A stretch of DNA of 64,000 nucleotides, from assembly GCF_006345805.1 (NCBI RefSeq), contig NC_043000.1:102548001-102612000 (forward strand). The letters are read 5' to 3'. Shown here one piece after another: positions 63,791-64,000 of the stretch. This DNA is from Octopus sinensis. Lineage: Eukaryota. The notes beneath the pieces were generated by a model. That model ran no database searches and was not told the origin of the DNA. It saw only the letters and a list, made by a program, of their open reading frames with translations. Made by a program: the position numbers and the translations under genes. Each line of letters begins with the position of its first letter. Within the stretch, counting starts at the first letter, position 1.

Positions 63791-64000
63791 TTTTACTTGT
63801 TTCAGTCATTAGATTAAGGTCATGCTGGAGACACTGCCCTGAAGGATTTTAGTCAAGTGAATTAACCCACATTTCCAGTACTTTATTTTAAAAGCCCGGT
63901 ACTTATTCTCTCGACCATTATTGTCGAACACCTTAAGTTACTGGGACGTAAACACACCAACACCAGTTATCAAACGATGTTGGGGAGGACAAACACAGAC
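63790..64000 (-). mobile_element. SINE family A, 3' part (runs off the window)
   Basis: ttttacttgtttcagtcatt...ggacgtaaacacacc...gacaaacacagac. Confidence 0.8.

Overview
AT-rich, repeat-saturated eukaryotic DNA with no host protein-coding gene that I can support; it is intergenic or lies inside a very large intron. The tRNA-derived SINE families, dense AT/CA/CATA/AAT microsatellites and transposon mix suggest an octopus (coleoid cephalopod) genome; this is recognition from memory, not a database result. Most ORFs in the supplied track are translations of microsatellites or SINEs. Real coding relics: a near-complete but disrupted CR1-group LINE (38130-41900, minus; ORF1 with a Myb/SANT-like domain and four CCCH fingers, ORF2 with APE endonuclease and RT), two RTE 3' ends, an R4/Dong-like 3' end, decayed CR1/Jockey RT relics, two mariner elements, a rosa-like (DD41D) Tc1/mariner element and a Tigger/pogo relic. 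Non-coding highlights: a fully canonical minimal hammerhead ribozyme (13301-13345, minus) inside a 248-bp element with 29-bp inverted ends; several degenerate hammerheads in Penelope-like fragments; single-head SINE multimers with recurrent junctions; a perfect 64-bp-arm palindrome; and several short hairpins. Coordinates of degenerate repeats are approximate.
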